Assembly (NCBI GenBank): GCA_951406725.2
Contig: OX597816.1
Coordinates: forward strand, 87,482,001-87,546,000
DNA length: 64,000 nt
DNA from: Octopus vulgaris
Taxonomy: Eukaryota
Direction: 5' to 3'
In this document: one piece after another, positions 12,531 through 26,238 of the stretch
Layout: every line of letters begins with the position of its first letter
Position numbering within the stretch: the stretch's first letter is position 1
The notes under the pieces: generated by a model
Told to the model about the DNA's origin: nothing
The model's database searches: none
The model's input: the letters and a program-made list of their open reading frames with translations, nothing else
Program-made: the position numbers and the translations under genes

Positions 12531-14249
12531 TATTGGCTTTTTAAAGAATATTGCATTTCTTTCAGTGTCAGAGCTTTTCGTGTCTGCATCTAGATTTTAA
12601 GTGTAGGAAATAACCAGAGACAAGCTAGGTGAGCTTGGTCAGAACATTGCAACTAAAGACACTTGAAAAGAATGCACTCAATCTGCTGGAATTAGCAGTC
12701 AAATGTTCCTCTAACATTGAATAATTCACATTTGAAAACAGCTTGCCAGATTGTATGGTGTTGGTGGTGGTGTGGTTGTTTTGGCCCAAATTAGCTTTGA
12801 TGGAACAGATCTATGATCAAGGGCATCCAGCTGTGATAATCTCAGACACAATATGAGTAATGAGAGGAGGAAACCCCAGTGCATTGAGTGGAACACAGTT
12901 TGTTAGATCAGAGGAAATATATGAAATTATGCAGTTCATATGTCTTTTCTGACTAGGTAAGCCTGTTGTTCGTTTTTTTTTCTTCTTTTCTCTCTTATTT
13001 TTATTCTCTATCTTTTGATGTGTTCAGTCAACAGAAAAGGTTTATTCAAGGAAACCTCAGTTTGGATATATAATCATGTTTATATTACATAAAGGAAGCA
13101 TGTATTAGAATTTACACACTTTTAGCACAAGGGTGTATTCAGCACTTATATCTTGTAGCACAAATGAATAAAAGCATCTCACACACAACATATCACTCAC
13201 ACACACACACACACACACAATATAGTCGACTATATAAATGCATTCATAGAAATATATCCAATACACACATAACACATATATTGAGAAAATACACACACAC
13301 ACACACACATACACACACACGTGTGTGTGCGAAACCATATATCAACTATAAAAAGTATATGAAAAGCATCAAGAGGAAATATCTAACGTATACACCTACA
13401 TTTATAACACCCATGCATACCTATACACACCATGCTGCTTGTATATACAGACTACATGACGTACACACTTTAGTTTTGAAATAATTAGGATAGACAAGAA
13501 GACCTGATGCTATCTTGTCTTTCATTCTTCAACATGTAAGCGCTTACACATGCAGAAAACATACATGCGCACACGCACAGCATGTAGAGCACAGATGCTG
13601 AAGCTTACATATATACATAGAACGAAAATATAGAAACACATATTCTACAACTGTATACATATATGCACACACACACACACAACACATGGTACATACATGC
13701 ACAAATCATTCATGCAGCTCCATGAGAAACGCATATATTGTATGGACACATGCATGCACACACACACACACGCATAGATAGCAGCAATGCTACAAAAATA
13801 TATAGACGCACACATACAAGGATATACATACATACTACAAATATACTTGCACTCATTTATACTGCACATGATAGATATGTGGCATCGAACATTCATACAA
13901 CTCCACTAAAAACATATGCACACACACATGCACTCACAGCATATATACACACACATATATATACTCAGACACACGCTACAAATATACTTGTACACACACA
14001 ACACATACACCAAATGTTCACACACATACATACATACATACATACATACATACATACATACATAGTAACAGCTGAATATAAACCATCAACACTCATACAT
14101 ACACATACATGTGCTCAAGAACATAACATTACTAGACATATATACTACATAACACATTTAAACGCATCATCAGCTATACCACATAAAGACAATACATGCG
14201 CATAGACCGACACATGCACACGCCACAAATTGCTCACCAAGCCGCCTTC

Positions 14250-14724
14250 CTCTTATCTTTTACTAGTTTCATTCATTGGACTATGCCCATGCTGGGGCAC
14301 GACCTTGATGGGTTTTGTCTAACACATTAATTCAAGTGTTTATTTTTAAAGCATGGTACTTTTTCTATTGGTCTCTTTTGCCAAACTTCTAACTCAAGGG
14401 GACATAAACAAACCAACAGTTTCTCAAGCCATGGTGGGATGGTCTCATACACACACACAAATATCTAGATATGTATGTCCAGCCTGTGCCAGCATGGAAA
14501 ATGAATGCTAAACGATGATGATGATAATGATGGGATTCCACAGTTTCCACTTGCTGAATTCACTCGCAGAAGCATTGGCCAGCCCAGTGTTAAACTAAGA
14601 AGATCCTTGCCCAAGGTGCTATGCAGTGGGGCTGAGCCTGAAACTGCATGGGTTGCAAAGCAAGCTATTTAACCAAACAGCCATTCCAGCAACTATACCA
14701 CACATCCATGCTTGCTGCACCTAT
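14250..14724 (-). mobile_element. SINE family A, diverged, with a family C tail inserted in its internal microsatellite and an apparently duplicated 5' head
   Basis: Family A modules are recognisable. 14478-14530 is ccagcctgtgccagcatggaaaatgaatgctaaacgatgatg (family C 3' end). 14671-14696 and 14697-14724 are similar to each other. Confidence 0.75.
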
Positions 14725-15067
14725 ACATGCAGACAATATTACAAATGGCACATTAGAACTTAACTAATATGCCATATAGCAAGTATACTCTAAAATACAT
14801 GCACATACCTAGGCATTCACCAGCTACAACATATGAAAGAATACAGTGTACCACCACACCAGCAAAAGTTTCTAACTAGAAGTTAATACAACTGAAAGAC
14901 ATATGATATACACAACAACAGTTATTTATATACATTTGCATATTAACGTCAATAACCACACATGTACTCATACATGTGCATATACATACACTCTGTAGTA
15001 ATAGAGCATTGATGCAAAAACTAATAATAATGATGTCTTGCTTAAATAATAAAATATGATGTATAAG

Positions 15068-15119
<52 letters not shown>

Positions 15120-15253
15120 TATAACAAGAACAGTGTGTAGTTTGTTATATATTACAGTATTAGAACTATGCATAGTGAAATATTCACCATTTCATCAACA
15201 TGGCTACACAAGGGATAAGAACAATAAAAAGTGTGTAGGTGTATATGTATATA

Positions 15254-15309
<56 letters not shown>

Positions 15310-15869
15310 CACACACACCTACAACCCATACCAACATTTAAGATGGAAGTAAAATGATGATTATATATATATATACACTCACACACACATTGAGTCACAA
15401 AGTATATATACCTGTGTGTATGTGTGTGATACACACACACACACCATCACAGCTACACATAACTCAGCAATGGTTAGCTCAATAGACTCAGACATGAGTC
15501 GAGTATATTCTCTTTGATACCAGCAGCTCACCAACACACACGCACTCAGCTCACACACACACACACACACACACAGCAACACCAAAGAAACACAACAGAA
15601 CTCAGTGCACACCTCTACACACTCACTCACCCCCACCCACCCCTTATTAACACATCAGGGCAGCTCTTAGAAAAGTAAAGACTCTGGCAAGATTTAGTTT
15701 GATGCTAATAATTCTCTCTGTACCATAATACCATTTACTATGTAGCATTTCCTCCCAAAGTCTGCAGAAGAGGGCCAAGCATATATGCATGACATTCCAT
15801 TCTTCTACATAGCAGAATCTTTTGTCTGCTTCAGCCTCCCTATACTCTACTACAACTTTCTCCTTGAAT

Positions 15870-16131
15870 CTGCCTATTACCACCATCACTGCCACTAGCA
15901 CCATTATTATAATCACTACCATAGCTGCTGCCATCATCAGCATCATCATCGTCATCATCATCTCAATCATTAGTACCATCATTAATACCACAATCACTAC
16001 TTCCTTTTTCTACCTTACCACTTTTACACCCACCTAAGGAGAGAGAGAGAGAGACCTTCCTTTCTTTACTCCTCTCTTCACCCACCCCTCCCACCACCAC
16101 CACCACTCCAACAAACCTTTAATGTACTCAA

Positions 16132-16182
<51 letters not shown>

Positions 16183-16513
16183 CTCCTTTCTGGGCTCCTG
16201 TTTTTTGTTTTGATTTTATTTTTCTCTTAATCCTTCCATTTTGCTAACCCTTTCTGTTACTACTGCTACTGCTGCTACCATGATCACTTCTACTGTTTCT
16301 TCCTCAACCTCTCTTTACCTCTCTCTCCCCTTATTCCTCATTTCCCACCCCCTTTCCTCACTTTTCTCACTCAAATCTTTTTCTGGTAATCTTTTCAGCC
16401 ACCCCTTTCCACCACCCTACCCTCTTCTCCTCATCTCTCTGTTGCACCACCTTTCTCTCTTTCACTCACTCTCTCTCTCTCTGTCTCTCTCTCTCACTCA
16501 CTCTCTCTCTCTC

Positions 16514-16551
<38 letters not shown>

Positions 16552-17525
16552 CATCTGCCAAAATGGGAATAGCAGGTGAACCTAAAAATACGCCATATTA
16601 CTTCTCCCCACTGCTATCCTCCCCCCTTCACCACCCCTACCCTCTTACCATTAGGCACTATCACCAAATTCTACCACCACCATCACTACCACCGCCATCA
16701 TGTCTTTCAGTAAATGTGGATCGAAGGGAGGGGGGGGTTGCGATCTGTCTGAGTGTGTATGTGGTGGTGGTGGTGGTGGTGGTGGTGGTGGTGGTGGTGG
16801 TGGTGGTGGTGGAGGAGGGGGGAGAGGTTGTAGATTGGTGGTGCTGATGGATTTAAATGTAGTGAGAGGTGGGTATATTCAGCTTAGGTAGAGAGTAATG
16901 GTGGAGTTGTGTATATAGTATGTTGCTGGCAGTGGTGGTAACAGGGAGAGTGTATGGTGAGGTGTGTGTGTGTGGGGGGGGGGGGGGGCATGATGGCCTG
17001 CGGTGGTAGTGGTGATGGTGGTGTTGGTAGTAGTGTTGTGGTTGTGATAATTGTGATGGTGATGCTGTGGTGACATTGATGATGGCAGTAGTAGTGGTGG
17101 TGGTGGTGTGGTAGTGGTGGTAGTGGTGGTAGTAGTAGTAGTAGTGGTGGTGGTGGTGGTAGTAGTGGTGAAAGTTGTTAGTGGTGGATGGGTGGGTGGG
17201 TGATGGTGCTAATGCCTGTGGTGTGGTAGTTTACTGATGGAGGGACTGTAGTAGCAAAGATGGTGGTGGTGGTGGGGTGTGTGCTTGTGTGTTGAAGGGG
17301 TTTGAGGGTGGGGTGGGGGTGAGTGGAGCTGGGTGTGCAGGAAAATGGCAAGAGTTGGAGAGAAAGCAGACAGAAGATCCATTAATGGTTGGATTTCACT
17401 AATGATGACGCTTTGCTGCTGCTGCTACTACTACTACTACTCCTACTACTTCTGTTGTACTACTACTACAACTAATACTACTACTAACGCTACTGCTACT
17501 ACTACTATTAGCAATAACAATGATT
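15870..17525. repeat. Dense low-complexity island: (CAT/ACC)n, (CT)n, (GGT)n, (GTA)n, G-runs, (ACT)n
   Basis: Seen directly; includes (GGT)n at 16761-16810 and a G-run at ~16974-16988. Confidence 0.9.
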
Positions 17526-18374
17526 TTTATATTTTGCCTCAAGGGCAATTTAAATACAAAACATTAAGGTACACAGGTCATTGATTTTTACACAGGCATG
17601 CAGCTTGATGTTTCTGTAGAAGATTTAGTGGGTGGTGGTGATGGTGGTGATGAGAATGGTAAAGATGCATTCCGAAGGGCATTAGTGATGTAAAAAGAAG
17701 TGAAGCGGGGATTTCTATAGGGAATTCAAACCAGGTTGTAAATAGAAAGCTCTTAGAACTCTTAGATCTTCAAAACTGTCTGCTGGAAATATCATCATAC
17801 TATTGTTGGTATGATGTTAATGCTGCTGCTGCTGCTGATGATGATGATGATGATAATTATTATTATCATTATCATCATCATCATCATCAATGGTATAAAT
17901 ATCTGAATTGTAGAAACAGCTGAATAGATATGATGTTCTTCATTACCAGTTCCAGAGGTCCTTTGAGATAAAAGTAGTACAAATCTATTGTTGGCTGAGG
18001 CTTATAGTTAAAGGGTCTTAACCCTTTAGTGACTATATTTCTAATGAAATACACTGTGTATGGGATTTCAATCAAATTTTTAAATACTGAAGAATTTCGA
18101 AGGAATTTGGAAAATAACTAACTTTTCTGTTATTGATGTAGAATATGGAAAGTGATTTAACAAAAAGGTTTTGCTAAAGAATTATGGTAAAAGGTTTTAC
18201 ATTTTCTTTACATACTACACTTTACAATGGATAGATATGATGATTGTTCTGATAATGTAGACTGTGAATGACTTTGTAACTTGTATTCTTTGGTCTAACC
18301 AAATTACAAAAGCAGCATGAAAATTTATAACTTTTGTGGCCTGGATGCAGATGTGTATATGTATATATATAATA

Positions 18375-18745
18375 GACACAGGCATGGCTGTGTGTTAAGA
18401 AGCTTGCTTTCCAACCATGTGGTTCTAGGTTCAGTGCCATTGCATGGCACCTTGGGAAAATGTTTTCTGTTATAGCTTCGGGGTGACCTGAAGCCTTGTG
18501 AGTGGATTTGGTAAACAGGAGCTGGAAGAAGCTGTATAAATGTATATGTGTGTGTATGTATATATATATATATATATATATATCTTATAATGATATTTAC
18601 CTTACATCATATCAGCACAGTTTGGTGCGACCCCAAGGAACTGGTATCGCCATAAGTACTGGGGTCAATAAGTTTGACTAAAATTCTTCCAGGCTGTGCC
18701 CCAGCATGGCCACAGCCTAATGACTGAAAGAAGTAAAAAATAAGA
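18375..18745 (+). mobile_element. SINE family A, internally rearranged copy
   Basis: Head gacacaggcatggctgtgtgttaagaagcttgc..ggttcagtgcc, CORE ggcaccttggg, tail gccccagcatggccacagcctaatgactgaaa. Confidence 0.85.
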
Positions 18746-19051
18746 GATAGTGCATCATGGTACTGTGTTTCTTTCTTTCCTAAAATAGTAGCATCTCTCA
18801 ATTATATTTGGCTGTGTTCCCTAATCCCTTATTCCTGCACTGATAGGGAAGAGTGGGGAAATAAGTACAAAATTTTAGGGAGGTTGCTGTCTGGCAAAGA
18901 TTCTTCCCCGTTAACATCCTCTTATTTACTTAAAGGGGAAAATGAAACTTTATCCTTTCTCTCTTTCTCTTCCCCTAATACTTTGAAATTGAACTTGCAG
19001 CTTGGTAAGAGTTCCATGGGAGATCCTTACTTTCTTTTATTTTCTGATTTT

Positions 19052-19378
19052 CTTTTATTCTTTCACTTGTTTCAGTCATTTGCCTGCAGCCATACTGGAG
19101 CACCACCTTTAGTCGAAAAAAAAAATCGACCCCAGGACTTATTCTTTTGTAAGCCTAGTAGTTATTCTATCGGCCTCTTTTGCTGAACTGCTAAGTTATG
19201 GGGACATAAACACACCAACATTGGTTGTCAAGCGATAGTGGGGTGATAAATACAGACACAGCAACATACACACACACACACGATGGGCTTCATTCAGTTT
19301 CCGTCTACCAAACTCACTCACAAGGCTTTGATCAGCCCCAGGCTATAGTAGAAGACACTTGCCCAAAGTGCCACATGT
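19052..19378 (-). mobile_element. SINE family A, 5'-truncated
   Basis: Tail, body and CORE are present; the head is missing beyond 19378. Confidence 0.9.
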
Positions 19379-19710
19379 GGAATTCATATTAATTGATATG
19401 TTTTATGTCAATACTAACATGGTTAGATGCTCTGTAGATCAATATCTCTCCATAACTTCTTGTTCTTCATCATCATAATCACTATTTGTTCTGTGTTGCT
19501 ATGGGTTGGATTGGCTATTTGTATCTCTCAGTGCTGCTTCCCTCTTGTTACCACGTTTCCTTTGAAATACATTGGCTTTGTTTCAGTTAAATTAGAAAAT
19601 AATGAAGAATTTGCTGAAATAACTTTGTTATTATTAACCTGCTCTTTGGAACATAAATTAACATGAAATTTTGAAGGAAGGTTTTAATTTAGGATCACTT
19701 TAAAACCAAA

Positions 19711-20120
19711 ATGGATAGATGGATATTGAAGTGGTTTGGTCATATGGAGAGGAGTGGATGGTAAGGAGGGCGATGAAGGCAGAAGTGGTAGGCAGCAGAA
19801 CCAGAGGCAGACCTTGTGTGGATGGATGGAGTGAGGAAAGCTTTAGTAGTTGGAGGTGTTGGAGTGAGAGAGGCAAGAGAGTTTATAAATGATAGGAAAG
19901 CTTGGAGAGTGTTTGTGGATGGATGAGTGAATTTGATGTTGCTCAAAGGGGCATGGAACCAGCATATGCTGTTGGGTACCGCTGCTGATATTGGGGGTTG
20001 CGTTCTGTGCCTTGACCCAAGCAGAGAATGGGGCTCGTCTCTCTGAGCTGGGAAATGAAAAGAATGCCTGGTGTGTCTCTTATGGTTACCCCCCTTAAAA
20101 AAATGGGGTATAAGCCTGGG
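19711..20120 (+). mobile_element. RTE-clade LINE, 5'-truncated 3' end (ORF C-terminus plus 3' UTR)
   Basis: With two frameshifts the + strand reads MDRWILKWFGHMER / EWMVRRAMKAEVVGSRTRGRPC / WMDGVRKALVVGGVGVREAREFINDRKAWRVFVDG* (stop 19924-19926). This is the RTE C-terminal signature (LRWFGHVER..G.R.RGRP..W.D.V..DR..WR). It is followed by a UTR and (TA)n. Confidence 0.9.
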
Positions 20121-20239
20121 TATATATATATATATAGATATTTTGTTTTGTGTGTGTGTGTGTGTGTCTAGTAAATACATGTCACCAATGAAAAACCAGA
20201 GGTCTACATTGAGTGAGTTTTGCAACATTGGATAGTTGG

Positions 20240-20560
20240 TTCTGCTGCATGACATCTTGGGCGAGTATCTTTTCCTATTGTTCCAGGCCAACTAAAGCCT
20301 CATGAAAGAATTTCATAGATAGAAACTGAAAGCAGATTGTCATTTGTGTTTGTGTGTGTTTGTCCTCCACCTCCACCTGACATCCATTGTTGGTTTGTTT
20401 ACATCCCTGTTACATATCAGTTTGCTAAAAGAGACTGATAGCATAAGTATGATGCTTAAAATGTAAGTACCTGGGTTGATTAGTTTCTCTAAACACTTCC
20501 CGGTGGTGCTCCAGCATAGCTGCAGTCCAGTGATTGAAACAAGCTAAAAGATGAATAAGA
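20240..20560 (+). mobile_element. SINE family A, diverged and headless
   Basis: ctgcatgacatcttgggcgagt CORE, internal (TG)n, tail ggtggtgctccagcatagctgcagtccagtgattgaaacaag. Confidence 0.8.
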
Positions 20561-20907
20561 TATAACCAAAGGGCATGACTTGGCTCTCCACATCAGTGAT
20601 AGGTAGTGTATTTCATTCCTGTCCAAATTAAAAACCTTCCATCATAACTTTATGTAAACCATTTTTTTGCTCGGTTATATTCCAAGCATCAGCTTCATGC
20701 ACCAAACCAATAAATATTGTTTTAGTAAGCTTTTACATATTCTTGATTTTCAAAATTTATTGCTGTTGTTAGGAAAAGAATAAATCAACTTAAGAGATAG
20801 CCAAATTGTAACATACGTCTCCTGCGTCTTTATTTGAGGTTTATACAATCTATCACTTCTCTGGGTTCATCAAAGTTGCCATGAGAAATCCAGTAGAAAT
20901 ATATGAA

Positions 20908-21240
20908 ACATCATCATCATCATCATCATCGTTTAACGTCCGTTTTCCATGCTAGCATGGGTTGGATGGTTCAACCGGCATCTGGGAAACCAGGAGGCTG
21001 CACCAGGCTCCAGTCTGATCTGGCAGTGTTTCTACTGCTCGATGCCCTTCCTAACGCCAACCACTCCGTGAGTGTAGTGGATACTTTTTACGTGCCACCG
21101 GCACAGGGGCTAGAGGAGGCTGGCAAACGGCCATGATCAGTTGGTGCTTTTTACATGTCACCGACACAGACGCCAGTCAGGTGGCGCTGGCATCAGCCAT
21201 GTTCGGATGCTGCTTTTTACGTGTCCCTGGCACCAGTGTC
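20908..21240 (-). mobile_element. SINE-like family C with (GAT)n tail
   Basis: Minus strand reads ggttggcgttaggaagggcatc..aacccatgctagcatggaaaacggacgttaaac(gat)n. Fragments occur at ~350-390, 9880-9965, 11100-11205, 22490-22530, 23600-23930, 36846-37030, 45790-45887, 46970-47012, 47236-47480, 51970-52013 and 58140-58305. Confidence 0.85.
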
Positions 21241-21319
21241 AAAACATGCACAGACTGCACCTCACCATCTCACACATGTATATTTGCTGTAGTTAAAGAT
21301 ATTTTTTTTTTGTAATGTT

Positions 21320-21625
21320 TTAAGTGTTTCAATCATTGGACTGCAGCCATGCTGGGGCACCACAAGTCAAACATATTAACCTCTGTACCTTTAAAAAAAA
21401 TATTTCTTTTTGTTTGTTTTTTGTAAAGGTGTGGTATTTATTCTATCTGTTTCTTTTGCTGAACTGCTAACTCACTGGACTGTAAAATGAACCAACACTA
21501 GTTGTCTAGTGGTGGAGGGAACAAACACAAAAATCACACACACACAACACGTGCCTGCCAAATACACCAAGGCATTGGTTGACCCAGGGCTATAGAAATA
21601 AATTGTCCAAGGTTATTGTGCAGTG
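21320..21625 (-). mobile_element. SINE family A, diverged
   Basis: tgtttcaatcattggactgcagccatgctggggcacc ... gacccagggctatag..tccaagg match the family A tail and CORE. Confidence 0.75.
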
Positions 21626-23968
21626 GTGAAAAATAGCTTTTAAATTGCAAAATTTGTCTAATCATTAATTTGCACAGATTATGTTATAGCTTCCTGATTG
21701 TTGCTTTTAAGAATGCTAACATTAAATTATGAAGCTGGTAATATTATGCAATAAATTAATTTGTATACAGGACTACTTTACTCTTTACAATGAGGGTTGT
21801 GGGTGGAATCAGAATGGTAAACTGGAAAAGGAAAGAGAAAGAGGGATTCACGAATACAGGTTAAGAAACATTGCCCCCCCCCCCCCCCGTACAAATACAG
21901 ATTTTTTGTCCTTTATTTCTCTAACCCCTAAGAGTTCTTACTCTCAGACAGTTTTCCTCTTTGTCTTCTTGCCTAACTCCTCTCCATTTATATTCATCCA
22001 TATACTTTTAGATACAAACAGACCTTATTAGACTATGCCGGGGTCTTAGAACGAATACCCTTCCTGATATTCTTTGGCTGTCTTGCTCAATTAATTTATT
22101 CTGATGCGGCACCAAGCACCTATGCTTTAATTATTTTTACTCTTTGGTCTCTAACAATCCAGAACATGAGTTGCTATTATATGAATATACATGCATTCAC
22201 CCACCACCACATGTATATGCATGTGTGTGTGTATATGTGTCTGTGTGTATGTGTGTATCAAAGTACTTATATTTTCTTTATGTGAGTGTATTGTTTCTGT
22301 TCATTTATTTCTCTGAGGCAGTGGTCATAACACCAATTAATTTCAAATTAATCGTTGAGTTCTGCCACTGTATAAATGCCTTCATTACACAAATTAAAAT
22401 GTGCTCTGGGTGCTTCATAGGGTGTCTAGTTTACTGCGTGCATGTGCCCACACACACACATGCACATTATACATATTTGTCCAACAACCCATACCAGCAT
22501 AGAAGGCGAATGTTAAACAATGATGATGATGGTGATTTTATATCTAGTGCCTATTGCAATTGAACTCAAAATCTGAAGAAGCTGGCAATCAGAGACGCTT
22601 TGAAGTAAATGTGAAACTTACTTTTTTTATAAATTTTTCTGCTTTATATCTCTCTGGTGAGTGGTTTCTCAATCTTTCTAGTTACAACTATGTAAACCCA
22701 CACATCGTGTGTGTGTGTGTGTGTGTGTGTTTGGCCATGTATGTAAGTATGTGTAATGTAGCATAAGAGCTAAAGAATTGTTAGAAAAAAAATGTTGTTA
22801 TTTTTCTTAAAATAATTTTGAGGCTGTATAATGTCTCTTAAGAGTAAACATGTAGGGCTTGACAACTAAAGTACAAGATTTTAGCCTAGTTTTTTGTTTG
22901 TCATTTACTAGAAGTGGGGAGAGAGAGAGAGAGAGAGAATGCTTTAATCAGAAGTACACACAGATTCTCTTAGACACACATGAACACACACATGTATATC
23001 TGTGTGAATATGTGGTGTGTGTGCATGCATGTATGTATGTATGTATGTATGTGTATATGTGTATAATATATATATATATAAAATTAATAGCAGTAGAAAA
23101 ACTGAGGTTTTCATAATTGATGCCCAGAGCTTCAAGTTGCTGTTTACTCAAAACAATATCATTGCATCTTTATTTGAAGGCTGTAATGAACATTTGGTGA
23201 AAATGAGGCTTTTATCTGAAAAATAAAGACAGGATGGTCATGATTGGAATGCATTTTTTAATTTGGGCTAAATAACAGTGTTGGTCTTCAAGTAATATTC
23301 TAGATTTAGGGCTAGGTTTTGAGAAGAATTATAAAATACACTATACAGCATATGCAGGTACTTATGGTATATACAAATTATATTTATCCTCTGCCTCCTC
23401 CTCCTCATCATCATATAAGTAGGATGTTATAAGGGAAATATAATCCTTCCTAAATTACAGGGGAAACTGGAAGAGGAAATGAAGGGCATTAGAAGGATGT
23501 TAGTGATTTTGTTTGTCTTAAGAGTAATAAAAAGCTATTCATTGTTCTGTATTTAAAGTTGTTGTTTCTCATTCTTTTAACAATGCTGCTGCTGATGATC
23601 ATCATTTTAATGTCTCCTTCCTTAAGTATGCTTGGGTCAGATAGAATGTACTGATACTGAACTTCTACTGTCAGATACACTTCCTGTTGCCAACCCTTAC
23701 CAGTTTCCAAATGAGGTAGTATTGAGCCCCATAGAAGACATGTTTCCATGGGAGATTGCAAATGAAAGATACCGCTTGCATGGTGGTGGCATTCATTTAC
23801 AGCTGTCACACAAACTCAAGACACGAAGACGAGATTCAACAAATCAGAGGACCACATCTTGCTCCAATGTCTCACAGCAGGATGCCCTTCCTAACTCCTC
23901 CAACCATTTTACTGTGTTAATTTTTCATGGCACCCTCACTATAGACAGTGATAAACCATCTTCTAGAC

Positions 23969-24296
23969 CAGGGGTTCTCAACCGTTTTTTATCTATGAAC
24001 CCTGTTGATTACTATTTTATCCTGGTGGGCCCCCATAGCCATTCTGTTTTTAAAAACTAGTTTTATAGAAATTTCTTTCAAAATTCCTTATTTGTTTTCC
24101 TTACATTAAGTTGTGTAGATTAAACTATGTAAAATTAGAGAAAGGAGCCTAGCTGTTTCTTGAAATACATACCAATACATACATCTGAAGCAAAATTTTT
24201 TCAGGGACCCTTAAAATACTATTGTGGGTTTCCAGTTTATGATTTTGTTGTGTGGACCCTCCAAAATATATATTGGACCTCAGCTGAGAACCAGCC
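23969..24296. mobile_element. hAT (Charlie-like) MITE
   Basis: TIRs caggggttctcaacc ... gctgagaaccagcc; flanks ttctagac / agctagac; subterminal similarity to 3952-4210. Confidence 0.7.
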
Positions 24297-24519
24297 AGCT
24301 AGACAAAAGATCCTTCTCAATCTCTGCATTTTAGTCTAAAATAATTTTGAAGCTCATAATACTTTTTGGAAAGAATCCATAAGTGTGCACAGTTGTAATT
24401 GGGTCACTTCTTCAGGTTCTTCTGGTAGACTGATATCCAAAATGTCTTGACAGAAATAATTGAGAGCTGGATAAATTACTTTGCTGAAAATAATTAGCTT
24501 TACTCCCTTTACAGTTTTG

Positions 24520-25375
24520 TGGTCAATCACAACCAGTATTCAGTTTGCTTTACATTCTTTTGGTATTGGTACACTAAATACCAGTCAAGCACTGGGGCTG
24601 ATATTCATTACTTGCCACTCCCCCAAAATTACTAGCCTTGTGTCAAAATGAGGTGCTATTATTGTTATGGTCGCAGGCTGGAAAATTGTTAGCATGCCAG
24701 ACAAGGTGCTTAGCAGCATTTCGTCTGTTTTTATGTTCTGAATTCAAATTTTGCTAAGGTCCACTTAGCCTTTCAATCCTTTTGGGGTCGATAACATAAG
24801 TACCAGTCAAATACTGGGGTTGATGTAATTGACTTACATTCACCCCTGAACTTCCTGGCCTTGTGCCAAAATTTGAAACTATCATTATTATTATTATTGC
24901 AGTGAGCTGGCAGAATTGTTAGCACACAGGATGAAATGCTTAGTGGTATTTCACCCATCGCTATGTTCTGAATTTAGATTCCGCCGAGGTCAATTTTGCC
25001 TTTCATTCTTTCAAGGTCGATAAATTAAATACAAGTTGAGTGCTGGGGTTGATGTAATCGATTATTCCCCTCCTCCCAAATTTCAGGCCTTGTGCTTTAA
25101 GTAGAAACGATTATTATTATTATTATTATTACTACTATTATTACTACTACTACTACTACTACTAAGGTGGCTAGCTGGCAGAATTGTTAGCCCAACAGGC
25201 GAAATGCTTAGTGGTATCTTGCCCATTGCTACGTACTGAGTTCAAATTCTGCCAAGGTTGACTTTGCCTTTCATCCTTTCAGGGTTGATTAAATAAGAAC
25301 CAGTTACACACTGGGGCTTGATGTAATTGACTTAATCCCCTCCCTTTGTGGTAAAAATTTGAAATCATTATTATT
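24520..25375 (+). mobile_element. Head-to-tail cluster of SINE family B (3 near-full copies plus a partial one) separated by (ATT)n/(ACT)n tails
   Basis: Unit gtgagctggcagaattgttagc..gaaatgcttagtggtattt..gttctgagttcaaatt..gccgaggtcgactttgcctttcatcctttc.gggtcgataa..aagtaccagt..ctggggttgatgtaat..ggccttgtg. Copies at ~24672-24885, 24902-25110 and 25165-25370. Confidence 0.9.
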
Positions 25376-26202
25376 ATAATTAATATTATTATTATTCATT
25401 CTTCTTTGTAATTCTCTCTTAAACCTTCTGCATAGTATATACACCCACAGTTTCCAAATAATCATCAAATCAAACATCGCTTGTCAATTTCTAATTTGAA
25501 ATATACTTCTAATTTGAAATATCCCCCCCCACACACACTTTGTTTTCTGTATCTCTGGCTCTTTCTATATGTGTGTGTTTGGATATATATCACTTAGTCT
25601 GTTTTACAACCCCATCACTAACTCTATCATCCCCTTTTCTTTCTCATTTCTCTCTCCTCTTTCACACTTTCTTCCTCTTCATTTTTTTTTTTTTTGTTGC
25701 TTCCTTCTCTCTGCCTCTCAGACACCTTCACTCTGTCTGTATGTCTGTCTGTCTCTCTTTCTCCCCCTTGCCACCTTCCTTAAAGTTTCAAATAAGTTTT
25801 AATCTGTCAGTAAGCTGGAAATTCTCATGGAATTTTCTAGTTTGTCTCCAGGATATTCTCTTTTCTTTTAATGTTCACACACTGACTACTACTATTACTA
25901 TGTTGGTGTGTGTATATGTGCACACATATTCAAACAGGAGTATGTTGATGTACATACATACATATATATATACATACAGCTTTCGCTCTGTGTGTGTGTG
26001 TGTATTTATGATATATACACATACACACACACAATTGTATGTACACATTATCACAAGTCTGCATGTATATGTGTGTGAAAAATACGTTAAATGATGATAT
26101 ATATATTGTTGATGTCATAAGAATTATATATACATACACAAACACACTGATATATACATATTGCACAGATACACATGTGCCCGCGCACACATGCTCAACG
26201 TG

Positions 26203-26238
<36 letters not shown>

